DNA of 64,000 nt from a virus. Position 1 is the first letter of the stretch. Each line of letters begins with the position of its first letter. The stretch lies in IMG/VR virus record IMGVR_UViG_3300034066_002191, one strand, 5' to 3'. The notes under the pieces are model-generated. The model saw only the letters and a list, made by a program, of their open reading frames with translations, searched no databases and was not told the origin of the DNA. Positions 36,069 to 46,270 of this stretch are shown piece after piece. The translations under genes were made by a program, and so were the position numbers.

Positions 36069-38570
36069 CTAAACAAAAAAAGAATCAAGTGTTGTTTTTT
36101 TCTCAATATTCCACCCAATAATATCTAGAATCGCTCTTAATGGTTTGAGAAAGGTTTTTTCAAACTGCATTTCATAATCTACATATTTTTTTAGTTCAAA
36201 CTCTGGAGGCAAAGTTTGAATAAAAGCAATTACATTTTCGTGAATTGGATTTGGTAATTTGAGATAACAAAACTTAATTTTTTCTCCATTTTTAATCATT
36301 GAATATTTTTTCTGTAACTTATATTCTTTGATGTAATGATTATAGAGAATTGATCCTCTAACATGAATTGGCGTAGACTTGACATACATTGTCAAATTAG
36401 ATTTAAATTTTGTCAATTCATTTACTGACTTGGGAAAAGAAACTTCTTCCGGAGTCAATTCGAAAAAATCTCTTCTTGCAGTTGAAATGAAATCGATCAA
36501 TTCATCTTCCGTTGATGTCATAATAAGCTTAATTGCTTTTTTAATCCTATCTCGACAGAAAGCAGGAGTAGAAGATCTAATAGCTTCGATTCCAGTCATA
36601 GCCAGTTCTGGCTCTGAATATCTTACTCCCTCATTGTCCCAAACATTAGCAATGTATCTTTTTTTAGAAATAAAAACTGCTCGATCAGTTATCTTTTCTC
36701 GTTTCATATGCAATTTATGTGCATATGCATTCAGATATTCTGCTAGTTCTTTATAAGAACAATCAACATATTCTTGAATTTTCGTAGAGAAAATTTGATC
36801 CAGAAAATCAATAATTTCCAATTTGGATGGATTTTTGTTTTTATAAATCATGTCCACTAATGGCTTCATGTTCAAAAACGCAGAATCAGTGTCGCAATAC
36901 ACAACATAATCAGTATCTTCAGTTTTCAAAATTTTGTTAAGATACTGGTTGAATTTCATTTCAATCCAACGAATTGCTAGCTGTCCAGTGTAAGTTACTG
37001 CCTCTGCGTTTCTCAGATCATAAAACCTAAAATATGGATTCCCAGTTGCACCATAACAAGAATTCAAACAAACTTTAATTGATTGTTCTTTTACACTATA
37101 CATCGAAATTTGCTTTTTGAGTTTTGTTTCGTGAGTTTTTTCGTACTCTTTCTTCAACTCTTTCATCTTGTCTTTGTATAGCTTTCTTTTCTGAAACATC
37201 TTATCAAGAAGTTCAGGAAGAAATCCCATTTTATCTTTTTTATACATTGATCCATTTGGACAAACTGAATACTGATAATCTGTTGGTATCTGTGCAGTTT
37301 TATTCAAAATAGAATCAATTGATATATTAGAAAATCGTTTCTCAACTAATGTGTCTGGACTTATATTCAATCCCATCATAATATGAGGATACAGAGAAGT
37401 TAAGTCCATACTTACAACATAATCATAAGAACCAGGAATCGGCTCTTTTACAAATGCACCAACAAATTTGTCTGATTTCTCTTTCCCCTCGCCTTTGAGT
37501 GGAATCACAATATTTTTACGACGAAGGTAATTGTAAATGATTGTGTCCCACATTCTAACTTGATAGAAAACATCTTCAAAATTAGTTTTAGAGTCGTATG
37601 CAAGCATAATTGCCAATTCGACCATATGAAGTTTGTCTTCTAGTTTATTGACCAGTTCGGTATCAATGACATTATACTCTACAAATGTGTCCCAATCACT
37701 ATCATAAAAATCTTTAAAAGTTTCATATTGGCTGTGATCTAATTTATTTTGGCCCAGCTCATTAAATGCAATCGTATCTAGTCTAAAGTTTTCAGGTTTT
37801 TTGAATGAATACTTTTTATATAGATCGAAATAATCTATAATAGACACTCCAAAAATATCATAGATTGTTTGTTTTTCGCCTATTCTAACTTCAACTTGCT
37901 TATCGGAAATCCAATTATAAGGAGACAACTTTCTCGTCTCCTTTTCTCCTATCAATCTATACATCCTACCAATGATGTAAGCAAAGTCATAGTATAGACA
38001 ATTCCAACCAGTAACGATCTCTGGTGTATTATTTTGCCAAAAATCAAGAAAAGAATAAATCAAAGCCGTTTCATCTACACAATAAAAATACTTATGATTT
38101 TCTAATTTTTTTCCAAATTTCCTTGTCCCCCAAGTATAGATCTTTTTTGATACATAGTCTTGAATTGTAATCAGTAAAATTTCTTCGTCGCAAGTTTTTG
38201 GGTCAGGAAATCCGTTTTCGGATGAAACCTCAATATCTATTGCCCAAATAGAAATTTTAGAGATATCGTAATCGATTTGTTCTTCTGAATAATTATCGGA
38301 AATATACTGATAAATCGGAGTCTCATTCCCATAAATTTTAAAACCTTCTACATCTTTATACTTATCAATATATTCTCTGGACTCTTTGATTGTTCCTGGT
38401 TGTATTGGCTTTACATATTTCCCATCTAGTGTTGTATATTCTGCTTTTACATTAGATGAGACATAAAAAGTAGGACGATAATCTATAGTTTGAGTAAATT
38501 TTTCTCCGTCCTCATATCCTCTAACATATATCTTGTTTCCAAGCTGTTTGACATTTGTGTACCAACGCAT
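36069..38570 (-). CDS. gp43: family B DNA polymerase gp43
   Basis: DIEV exonuclease motif, DLTSLYP, KVCLNSCYG, YCDTDS. Confidence 0.97.
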   Translation of the reverse strand: MRWYTNVKQLGNKIYVRGYEDGEKFTQTIDYRPTFYVSSNVKAEYTTLDGKYVKPIQPGTIKESREYIDKYKDVEGFKIYGNETPIYQYISDNYSEEQIDYDISKISIWAIDIEVSSENGFPDPKTCDEEILLITIQDYVSKKIYTWGTRKFGKKLENHKYFYCVDETALIYSFLDFWQNNTPEIVTGWNCLYYDFAYIIGRMYRLIGEKETRKLSPYNWISDKQVEVRIGEKQTIYDIFGVSIIDYFDLYKKYSFKKPENFRLDTIAFNELGQNKLDHSQYETFKDFYDSDWDTFVEYNVIDTELVNKLEDKLHMVELAIMLAYDSKTNFEDVFYQVRMWDTIIYNYLRRKNIVIPLKGEGKEKSDKFVGAFVKEPIPGSYDYVVSMDLTSLYPHIMMGLNISPDTLVEKRFSNISIDSILNKTAQIPTDYQYSVCPNGSMYKKDKMGFLPELLDKMFQKRKLYKDKMKELKKEYEKTHETKLKKQISMYSVKEQSIKVCLNSCYGATGNPYFRFYDLRNAEAVTYTGQLAIRWIEMKFNQYLNKILKTEDTDYVVYCDTDSAFLNMKPLVDMIYKNKNPSKLEIIDFLDQIFSTKIQEYVDCSYKELAEYLNAYAHKLHMKREKITDRAVFISKKRYIANVWDNEGVRYSEPELAMTGIEAIRSSTPAFCRDRIKKAIKLIMTSTEDELIDFISTARRDFFELTPEEVSFPKSVNELTKFKSNLTMYVKSTPIHVRGSILYNHYIKEYKLQKKYSMIKNGEKIKFCYLKLPNPIHENVIAFIQTLPPEFELKKYVDYEMQFEKTFLKPLRAILDIIGWNIEKKTTLDSFFV

Positions 38571-38866
38571 CAGTTTCTAATTAGAGTTTTGTACTTATCG
38601 AGAATTGAAGTTTTAGGATCAATGATTGTAAGTATCTTATCTGAACTCATCAAAAATACTTTTTGTTCTGTTACTTCCATTAACCATGGTCTCAGCGTAA
38701 TTGTTTCCAAAAGTTTATCAGTAACAATTAAATATGGATCAGAAAGTTTACAATTTGGTTCTCCTATGTCTGCTACCACTTCTTCGATTTTAGCTATCAA
38801 TCTTTGTCCATTTTCTAAGACTAATAATTTTATAAATTCACTGGACTCAATAGTTGCCTCTTCCAT
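38570..38866 (-). CDS. conserved hypothetical (Sm-like fold)
   Basis: 98-aa ORF coupled to gp43; promoter TTGACT-N17-TATAAT at 38916-38888. Confidence 0.75.
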   Translation of the reverse strand: MEEATIESSEFIKLLVLENGQRLIAKIEEVVADIGEPNCKLSDPYLIVTDKLLETITLRPWLMEVTEQKVFLMSSDKILTIIDPKTSILDKYKTLIRN

Positions 38867-38965
38867 GGTTCTCCCTCAAGAAGCCCTATTATAGCACAAA
38901 AAAATGGGGGAGTCAACTGGATTTTGCCAGTCCCCCCCTTTGCGCCGACGATATTCAATTACTAT

Positions 38966-39397
38966 TTAGAACCAAACTTTTTTCTTTTGGTGCTCCGGTA
39001 CTATCTTTACTAATTTAACAGAAAGAAGTCCATCATCAAATGTAACTTCTTTAACTTCAACATCATCAGATATGGTCCAAGATCTGGCGAATGCTCTTTG
39101 TGCCAAGCCATGATGGACATATTCTTTTCCGGAATCTAATTCCTTTTCGCCTTCAATGAATAATTTATTATTCTCTGTATATACCGTAATTTGATTTTTC
39201 TTGAATCCGGCAAGAGCAAGTTCTAACCTAAATTCTGTGTTGCTTTCTTTAATGACATTGTATGGAGGGTAGTTTGATTCTGTCTGATGTAATGCGCCAA
39301 ACCTGTGGAACCATTCGTCCATTCCAATAGAATATTTTTCAACATCATTTAAAAATTTTTCAATATTTCCAGTATTATATTGAACTAATGCGTTCAT
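38966..39397 (-). CDS. hsp20: small heat-shock protein Hsp20
   Basis: NYPPYNV, LALAGF, F.DGLL.V.L..IVPE. Confidence 0.95.
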   Translation of the reverse strand: MNALVQYNTGNIEKFLNDVEKYSIGMDEWFHRFGALHQTESNYPPYNVIKESNTEFRLELALAGFKKNQITVYTENNKLFIEGEKELDSGKEYVHHGLAQRAFARSWTISDDVEVKEVTFDDGLLSVKLVKIVPEHQKKKVWF

Positions 39398-39503
39398 TTG
39401 TGGTCTCCTTTAAAAGCGAGTGTAAATGTCAAACCCGAAGCATTTGACATTACTATTTTATAAGAGAACATAAAAAAAGGGAAGTTCGGAACTCCCCACA
39501 ATT

Positions 39504-39941
39504 TTATTCGGTTTCCATTACTTTTTTCTTAGATCCTATCGAGTATTTTGCTTCAAGGATCCAATCATCCTTCTCTTTGTAAGGAAGGACTTTAATTTGA
39601 TTTAATGGTGCAATATCAGAAACTTTATCTGGGTTTACTACCGTGACTAATCCCCAGTCAGATAGAAGTTTAATGATGCGATTGCGACGCTGAACATCAT
39701 TAACTGTCAGATTAGCGTGTTTGCCGTCAAGGGCAAAAAGCTCTTTAAAACTCACCAAATAATATTTCCCTTGTTTATGTAAGATATGAACAGATTGATA
39801 TAGCTTTTTTTCTTTTCTTGAAGCAACACCAATTCTAGTTAGAGTTTCTCTTACTTTAAGGAAGTCATCAGGCTCAGATAAAATTATCTCAACCATCATG
39901 TCAGGTGTCCATTTTACCTGAGGTTCATTAATACTAGTCAT
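39504..39941 (-). CDS. regA: translational repressor RegA
   Basis: DFLKVRETLTRIGVAS, HILHKQG, FKELFALDG. Confidence 0.96.
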   Translation of the reverse strand: MTSINEPQVKWTPDMMVEIILSEPDDFLKVRETLTRIGVASRKEKKLYQSVHILHKQGKYYLVSFKELFALDGKHANLTVNDVQRRNRIIKLLSDWGLVTVVNPDKVSDIAPLNQIKVLPYKEKDDWILEAKYSIGSKKKVMETE

Positions 39942-40330
39942 CTCGTTCCACCAATATCAAGTTTAGATTTAATAAAGTTAATTTGATCTTCAGACAGAAT
40001 TTTCAAAATTTGAGAGGCTTTCTCATCATTATATCCATAATATTGTTTTATGTATTCTAAATTCTGTATTTTATCCTTTGTGATCCAAGAAGAAAATCTC
40101 TTCTTTTTTCTTATACTATTTAGATAAAACAAATATTGCATATCTTTATTAAGACTACAATTAATATTCATTTCATTTGCAAACAAGATAGTATCAATGT
40201 GTGCAGAAAGACATCTATTGATAATATATGGTGGATACGATTTGATGTTATCCGAATCACTAAGTATTAGGTTTTCTTTTGTTGAATTTATAGAATTCAA
40301 CCAATCTTTTAATTCGTATTTTATTTCCAT
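39938..40330 (-). CDS. gp62: clamp loader small subunit gp62
   Basis: YPPYIINRCLS, YYGYN.EKA. Confidence 0.92.
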   Translation of the reverse strand: MEIKYELKDWLNSINSTKENLILSDSDNIKSYPPYIINRCLSAHIDTILFANEMNINCSLNKDMQYLFYLNSIRKKKRFSSWITKDKIQNLEYIKQYYGYNDEKASQILKILSEDQINFIKSKLDIGGTR

Positions 40331-41259
40331 TCTACTTCACACATAATTTCAGTAAGACACGCAAGAAGATTTATTTCGTTATCTGCAACAAAAGCACTTC
40401 TATACTGATACTTAGAAATGACCAGAATTGCTGCTGGTATAGTTGATTCTACAGCAGAATCATATAAACAATCATATACTTTTCTAAGAACAATATTTGG
40501 GTCATTATCCATATTTTGGACAACCCATTTACGAACTTCTGTAAAATTCCTATCTTTTAAGAATTTTACCAATCCTGAAATCTTTACCTCATATACATTT
40601 GCTAGTATACCAGAATCGACTTTTCCTCCAGAAGAATACCTCTGTATCTCGTTAAGAGTTCGCCTGAAATCGGGAAAATATTTATTAATCAATCCAACAA
40701 TAGCTGCAGTCTCGTATTCAATTTTTTCTTTGCTGAGAATATCAACAATCCTCTTCATAAAATCTGCTGCTAGTTTTGGCTTTTCTTTTGGTGGAATAGA
40801 AAAATCAATAACGGCAGTCCGAGAATGTAGTGGCGGAATTAATTTATTTTTATAATTACAAGTGAAAATAAAAGTACAATTTGTCTGCAGTTCTTCTATT
40901 GATGCTCGTAATGCCAACTGTGCATCATTTGTTAGATTGTCAGCTTCATCAATTAGTAGTATCTTCTTACCAGTATTGGAAAGAGACAAAGTAGAAGCAT
41001 AATTTTTGACTTTGTTCCGAATAACATCAATAGATCTCTCATCAGATCCATTGATGACCATAAAATCCCTGTCTAATTCATTGGCTAAAGCTTTAATAGT
41101 AGAAGTCTTTCCAATCCCAGGTGGACCAGAAAGAATCATATTTGGAACTTTACCAGAATCTCTGGTCTCAGTAAAAAATTTTTTTATTGACTCTGGCAGA
41201 ATACATTGCTCCACTGTTTGTGGGGCATATTTTTCGACAAAAATAAAATCACGGTTCAT
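40321..41259 (-). CDS. gp44: clamp loader large subunit gp44
   Basis: VEKYAP, GPPGIGKT, IDEAD, PLHSR, FPDFRR. Confidence 0.95.
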   Translation of the reverse strand: MNRDFIFVEKYAPQTVEQCILPESIKKFFTETRDSGKVPNMILSGPPGIGKTSTIKALANELDRDFMVINGSDERSIDVIRNKVKNYASTLSLSNTGKKILLIDEADNLTNDAQLALRASIEELQTNCTFIFTCNYKNKLIPPLHSRTAVIDFSIPPKEKPKLAADFMKRIVDILSKEKIEYETAAIVGLINKYFPDFRRTLNEIQRYSSGGKVDSGILANVYEVKISGLVKFLKDRNFTEVRKWVVQNMDNDPNIVLRKVYDCLYDSAVESTIPAAILVISKYQYRSAFVADNEINLLACLTEIMCEVEWK

Positions 41260-41281
41260 AATCAATCAATTCAAATTTTAG

Positions 41282-41794
41282 TTAAATCCAGTCGGGTTTT
41301 CGCTCTGGCATACGAAGATAATTGTTCCTCGCCCAAGGTTTGGATGCAATGTACATCTTGTAAGCAGTGAAGGTATCAATGCTATTGTCGAGTTTATACT
41401 CATCTGGCATCGCTCTAGTAAATGATTTCACTTCAGTGATCTTTCCTTTAGGAAAAAGGTAATAAGCATCAACCAATGTTTTATAACAAGAGTGGATTTT
41501 ATTATACCTCAAAGTATATTCATCACATAAGTTAAGTCCATGCTTAATCAACCAATAAGCGTTATGGGTATTTTCCATTGCCCACTTGGTGCAGGGATGG
41601 TTGCGGAAAGCTCCTTTGTCTGTTTTGTAAGGAGTCTCATCCGCTTTAAAAAGATGGCCATATCCATGTCCCCATTTATCCGAAGCAACAATAGAGAGCA
41701 TTTGGCAGCATTCCAGAGGCATCTTGACAATGTGTTTATCTGGAAGACAAATAGCACTCTCAGCTGGCCATGGAGATGTCACGAAGATGTTCAT
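41282..41794 (-). CDS. pyrimidine-dimer DNA glycosylase-like protein (DenV-related family)
   Basis: MNIF..DKHIVKMPLE..QMLS, NHPCTKW, EYTLRY.K.H. Confidence 0.75.
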   Translation of the reverse strand: MNIFVTSPWPAESAICLPDKHIVKMPLECCQMLSIVASDKWGHGYGHLFKADETPYKTDKGAFRNHPCTKWAMENTHNAYWLIKHGLNLCDEYTLRYNKIHSCYKTLVDAYYLFPKGKITEVKSFTRAMPDEYKLDNSIDTFTAYKMYIASKPWARNNYLRMPERKPDWI

Positions 41795-41805
41795 AATAAA
41801 ATCAA

Positions 41806-42474
41806 TTAATCATTAAAAACAGAATCAGGCTCAAGTGCAATATGATACTTAAGTTTCCTCGATTTACTATCAAACCTAGCTAGGAGTCGCTTAGAAATTG
41901 TAACATCATATGATCCTGGAACAATTTTAATGTTTTCTACTTTGAAATTCATAGTGAACTCATTTTCGGTTTCACCAACAATAATAGAAAATTCATTTGA
42001 TGTGTCATTTTTTTTATCCCTAACTACCATACTAATAACACCATTTTCGCCAACCGCTGCCAAATCCGGAAGCTGATAGATATTCGATGCTTTAAGTAGT
42101 TTTTCTAGCTGAGAGTGATCCAATTGAAATTGAACATCATCACTTGGAACTACAATTTCCTTTTCTGGCGGAGAAACAATCACAGAAGGATCAGCAAAAA
42201 AGTATTTTACTTTACGCTTACCTTCACGGATCGTAAGATATGAATCATTAGAAAAATCCAATTCTGGATTGTCATGTAATCCAATGCCGTTCAGAAATTG
42301 ATTCAGATCGTAAATAGCGAAGTTTTTTGGGAACTCTTCTTGTACTGTTGCCTCGGCAAGAACATTCTTCATCACCGACATTGTTTTCAGTACATTTCCT
42401 TCTTTAACAAAAATAGATTGGTTAATGGAAGCAAAATTTTTAAGAATAATCAGGGTATCACTGGAAAGATTCAT
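41806..42474 (-). CDS. gp45: sliding clamp gp45
   Basis: LKNFASINQS, FAIYDLNQFL, IALE. Confidence 0.95.
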   Translation of the reverse strand: MNLSSDTLIILKNFASINQSIFVKEGNVLKTMSVMKNVLAEATVQEEFPKNFAIYDLNQFLNGIGLHDNPELDFSNDSYLTIREGKRKVKYFFADPSVIVSPPEKEIVVPSDDVQFQLDHSQLEKLLKASNIYQLPDLAAVGENGVISMVVRDKKNDTSNEFSIIVGETENEFTMNFKVENIKIVPGSYDVTISKRLLARFDSKSRKLKYHIALEPDSVFND

Positions 42475-42866
42475 TTGTTTTCAATAAGATTTAGGTGATT
42501 GATCAGGAGAATGGTGTAATGTAGAACTTTGAAAAGATCTGCACGAGGAGTTCCTTTCGTATCATAACGGTCAATGTACTTAGTCACATTACCTGCACAA
42601 AATCCTTCACGACGATTGTGCTTAATTTTGTCTAGCGTTTGTTCCGTCCCACCACCAGTTCGGTCAACATAATGTTGACTATATGTGCTAGAAATATATT
42701 GCTCTAATTGCTTTAGGATCTTGTCTTCATTGTATTTCCAAAATCCATTGGAATTAGTTTGATCATTCATGAGTAAAATTGTCTTTTCAAGGTTAATTGT
42801 GTCATCAGCATTTACCGAAAATTTATACTGATGTTGTAAATTTCTTTCGTCTTCCGGCCCAAACAT
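42471..42866 (-). CDS. DUF3310-like hypothetical protein
   Basis: TYSQHY, GFCAGNVTKY..RY..KG..DLFKVLHY. Confidence 0.7.
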   Translation of the reverse strand: MFGPEDERNLQHQYKFSVNADDTINLEKTILLMNDQTNSNGFWKYNEDKILKQLEQYISSTYSQHYVDRTGGGTEQTLDKIKHNRREGFCAGNVTKYIDRYDTKGTPRADLFKVLHYTILLINHLNLIENK

Positions 42867-42891
42867 AATAATATATCAAATTACAATAATA

Positions 42892-43992
42892 TCATGCTTC
42901 TTCTGATTTGTCAATCTGCTGATCTTCATCTTTATTAAATTCTTCATCAATTTTATCATATAGTTCAATGAAAGAAGATTTTGTGTCATCATCAAATCGT
43001 GCAATTGATAGTTTAATGGCTTTTGCTTTGTTTTTGAAAATTGCATATGCCTTTAGTAGATGAATCAAACGACGAGTAGAAATCAATTCATCGATGCCGC
43101 CATCATAAAATGTCTTGCGGATTGTATCACTCCAACTTACCAGTTTTTTAATGAATTCTTCTTCTCCTTCGAGTCCAATAGATTTTGCTAACTTAGTAAG
43201 AATTTTAATTTCAATAGAATTCGCAGGATAATTTTGCTCAAATGTAACACTAAACCTCTCTAGGAATGCTTCATTAAGTACATTAGTGCCAATAAATCGC
43301 CCATCATCGGATCCTTTTCCTTTTGTATTGGCAGTTGCAATGATGTTAAATCCTGGTTTCGGGTAGATGACTTTACCAATTTTTTTAAGAAATAGTGATT
43401 TCCCTTCTAGAACAGATTGTAAAACCATGATTTTATTCGATGCCAAATCGCATTCATCAAGAAGAAGAATGGCACCTCGCTCCATCGCCTCTACTACTGG
43501 GCCATTATGCCAAACTGTGTCACCATTCTGTAGTCGAAACCCACCGATAAGATCATCGGAGTCAGTTTCTACAGTAACATTAAAACGAATCAACTCACGC
43601 TTCAATTGTGCACAAGCTTGCTCCACACACATTGTTTTTCCATTACCAGAAAGACCAGTAATGAAAACTGGATAAAAAATTCCAGAAGAGATAATTTTTT
43701 TAACATCAGAAAAACAACCAAAAGAAACAAATCCAGAATCTTTTTCTGGAACTAGATCTTTTTCCGTATCTGGAATCACAGAAGGAGCATTATACGAATT
43801 TTCAATTGCAGCGACTGCTTCTGTTGTCACTTCAAGATTCCACTTACCATGGCCAGTTTTATATCCATCTAAACGACGAGTCACAGTCGGATAAGAAACA
43901 TTTTTCATGGCACAATAAGCACGAACATCAGCAGAAGTGATATTGGCACCAAACATGTCCATTAGATCGGAGATGATGTTTTGTTCTGTCAT
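42892..43992 (-). CDS. cobS: CobS/MoxR-like AAA+ ATPase
   Basis: GLSGNGKT, DDLIGG, LLLDE, TANTKGKG, NEAFLERF. Confidence 0.9.
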   Translation of the reverse strand: MTEQNIISDLMDMFGANITSADVRAYCAMKNVSYPTVTRRLDGYKTGHGKWNLEVTTEAVAAIENSYNAPSVIPDTEKDLVPEKDSGFVSFGCFSDVKKIISSGIFYPVFITGLSGNGKTMCVEQACAQLKRELIRFNVTVETDSDDLIGGFRLQNGDTVWHNGPVVEAMERGAILLLDECDLASNKIMVLQSVLEGKSLFLKKIGKVIYPKPGFNIIATANTKGKGSDDGRFIGTNVLNEAFLERFSVTFEQNYPANSIEIKILTKLAKSIGLEGEEEFIKKLVSWSDTIRKTFYDGGIDELISTRRLIHLLKAYAIFKNKAKAIKLSIARFDDDTKSSFIELYDKIDEEFNKDEDQQIDKSEEA

Positions 43993-44082
43993 TTTTTTGT
44001 ACATGGTCTGAAGGTTGAACAAATATATTATAACAGGCCCAAAGACACTATGTGCTCATGATGGGCCAGTTTAAAAATTGGT

Positions 44083-46194
44083 CTACGCAATAAGATCTAT
44101 AAATTGCGATAGAATCTTCTTATTCATTTTTTTAGATTGTAATGATTTTTTAAACGCATTTCTAATGTCAGTAACAGATGATGATTCCTCAACATTAAAA
44201 TCGCTGGAACTATTCAGGGCACCAGAATATATCCCAAAATACGAATCATATCCAGTACATTTAAGCATACATGATTTGTTCTTTTTCCATTCCTCCATAA
44301 TTTTATTATAAGAATCAGAATAATTATTATTCTCTAAATGACCACGAACAAAACCTGTTATTTCTCCACCACTAAGAAGTCGAATTCCAATAAAATTGAC
44401 ATGAGGATATACATCTTTAAGATGTCGTAAAAGCACATCACTGAATCTATGCGTTGCATAATAAGAATATTTTGGAAACCTATATGTTGTTTTTAGTTTA
44501 TCGTCCTTCAAGAAACAATTGTCTCCGATTGGTAACACACCTGAATTAGAATGCCTAGGTAATGCACTTGCTTCACCATCTGTTAAGATGACACATTGGA
44601 TTTTTTGTACTTTAGTTTTCTTTTGAAATTCTGGGATGATATGATGCAAAGTTACTAATGATTCATTCAATGGGGTACCAGAAAGATTCAATTGATTTGG
44701 ACAAGAGTAAGAACAAATTCTACTTTTGTTATAGTATGCCAAACGATACAAGTTTTTCATGTGAATGTCCAAGGTAGAAGAATTTACCTTGCTTGAAATC
44801 ACATTGAGCAAATTGAAACAACCATCAATAGAAATCGAATTATTGTCTGATTGACTATTTTTCCCATAAGAATATGACCAATTATTAGTAAATGCATAAA
44901 CTTCAAATGGAATAGAAACTTTTTTACAGAACCAAACTAGATTGAATAGTTGGCGACATGTATCTAGAATTACTGTATCCATTGAGCCGGACCAATCTAA
45001 AATAAAAATCAGCCCATGATTTTTTCCATCAGCAACTGTAATAATTTTTTTAAAAATATCATCGTTAAATTTATAAGAGTGTAGAGAACTACAATCTAAG
45101 ATACCAGTTTTAGACTCTGAAGAACGAGCATATGACTCTGCTGCTTTTTTACATTCAAATTCTTTGACCAAATAGTTTACTTCTTTTTTAGCAGATGACT
45201 TAAATGACGAATAATCAGAATCAACTAAAAAGAAATCTTCTTGACTATTATGCGTATTCCAATAGCGTTTACATAGAGAATGTATAGATTTAGTGTCAAC
45301 AATAATTTTGTCCAAATCTAATTTTGGAATACGGACATAATTAATTTGTTCCGTTTTTGACGCTGACAATTTGTTAATTGCCTTTTCAAACGAGGAAAAT
45401 GTTTTTACATAATCTGAATTAGATGCCGGATCGTAGTCATCTGCATTTTTCTTTTGTTCATCTAATTTTTGTCCATTATCAGTAGAATTTTGTGAATTAT
45501 TGTCTTCTACATTTTGTTCTTTATCTGATTGTCCATTATTGTTTTTATTGCAATTTTCTTCTGGTTGCTGATTGGTGGCAATTTGTTGTTCAGAACTAAT
45601 TCCAGAACCAGATTCAAATGAAATAGAATCAATAGTCTTCTGCTGTTCTACATCTTTGCAATATTCATATAATTTTTCTGCGCAGCGAACTGCATCTATA
45701 AATGTTTCTGCTGCTCCAATCTCATCGAGAATGACTTTTTCCTCATCATTAAAATCAATACTAATAAAGTTACCAATTTTAAAATAGAGATTAATCCTAT
45801 CCGCTAAATTATACTTGCCAATATCTTCCCCACTAATGGCAAAAAAATCTTCTTCATGCAATTCTTTATATCCACCAAAAAATGTCTTTTTAAGTCCAGG
45901 GTAACGACGCTTCATCAATTTCTCGATTCTAACATCTTCTGTCACATTTAGAAACTGCATAGGAACACTAGTGAGTTCCGTCCAATCTTGATTTGGAGTG
46001 TAAATTGCATGTGCTGATTCGTGACTCAAAAGTAACTGATATACGATATCAGATGCCTTCTCCCAAATAGGAAGAGTAAGAGTCCTAGTTTCTACATTAA
46101 AGCAGGCAGTATCAACATTTGAATGTTCAATATTAAGATTTTCAGTTGAAAGAAGGCGAGCCAGATTTCCGTGAATTTCGTGGTTGTGCCGCAT
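44083..46194 (-). CDS. CobT-like peptidase/VWA protein, partner of the AAA ATPase
   Basis: HESAH, NVTEDVRIE, LDWSGSM (MIDAS), SGTPLNE, LTDGE. Confidence 0.85.
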   Translation of the reverse strand: MRHNHEIHGNLARLLSTENLNIEHSNVDTACFNVETRTLTLPIWEKASDIVYQLLLSHESAHAIYTPNQDWTELTSVPMQFLNVTEDVRIEKLMKRRYPGLKKTFFGGYKELHEEDFFAISGEDIGKYNLADRINLYFKIGNFISIDFNDEEKVILDEIGAAETFIDAVRCAEKLYEYCKDVEQQKTIDSISFESGSGISSEQQIATNQQPEENCNKNNNGQSDKEQNVEDNNSQNSTDNGQKLDEQKKNADDYDPASNSDYVKTFSSFEKAINKLSASKTEQINYVRIPKLDLDKIIVDTKSIHSLCKRYWNTHNSQEDFFLVDSDYSSFKSSAKKEVNYLVKEFECKKAAESYARSSESKTGILDCSSLHSYKFNDDIFKKIITVADGKNHGLIFILDWSGSMDTVILDTCRQLFNLVWFCKKVSIPFEVYAFTNNWSYSYGKNSQSDNNSISIDGCFNLLNVISSKVNSSTLDIHMKNLYRLAYYNKSRICSYSCPNQLNLSGTPLNESLVTLHHIIPEFQKKTKVQKIQCVILTDGEASALPRHSNSGVLPIGDNCFLKDDKLKTTYRFPKYSYYATHRFSDVLLRHLKDVYPHVNFIGIRLLSGGEITGFVRGHLENNNYSDSYNKIMEEWKKNKSCMLKCTGYDSYFGIYSGALNSSSDFNVEESSSVTDIRNAFKKSLQSKKMNKKILSQFIDLIA

Positions 46195-46270
46195 GAGAAA
46201 AAATTTGAACTTCTATAATTATACACAAAAAAACCACCTAATGGTGGCCAAGTAGACAGTATTTCATCTG

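Noticed and set aside
22677-38570. Introns or inteins in nrdA, nrdB, gp41 or gp43
   Set aside because: All are continuous ORFs of ordinary length with no visible intein or intron insertions.
39425-39451. 9-9-9 inverted repeat resembling CIRCE geometry before hsp20
   Set aside because: The sequence does not match TTAGCACTC-N9-GAGTGCTAA; better explained as an RNA hairpin with a UUCG loop.
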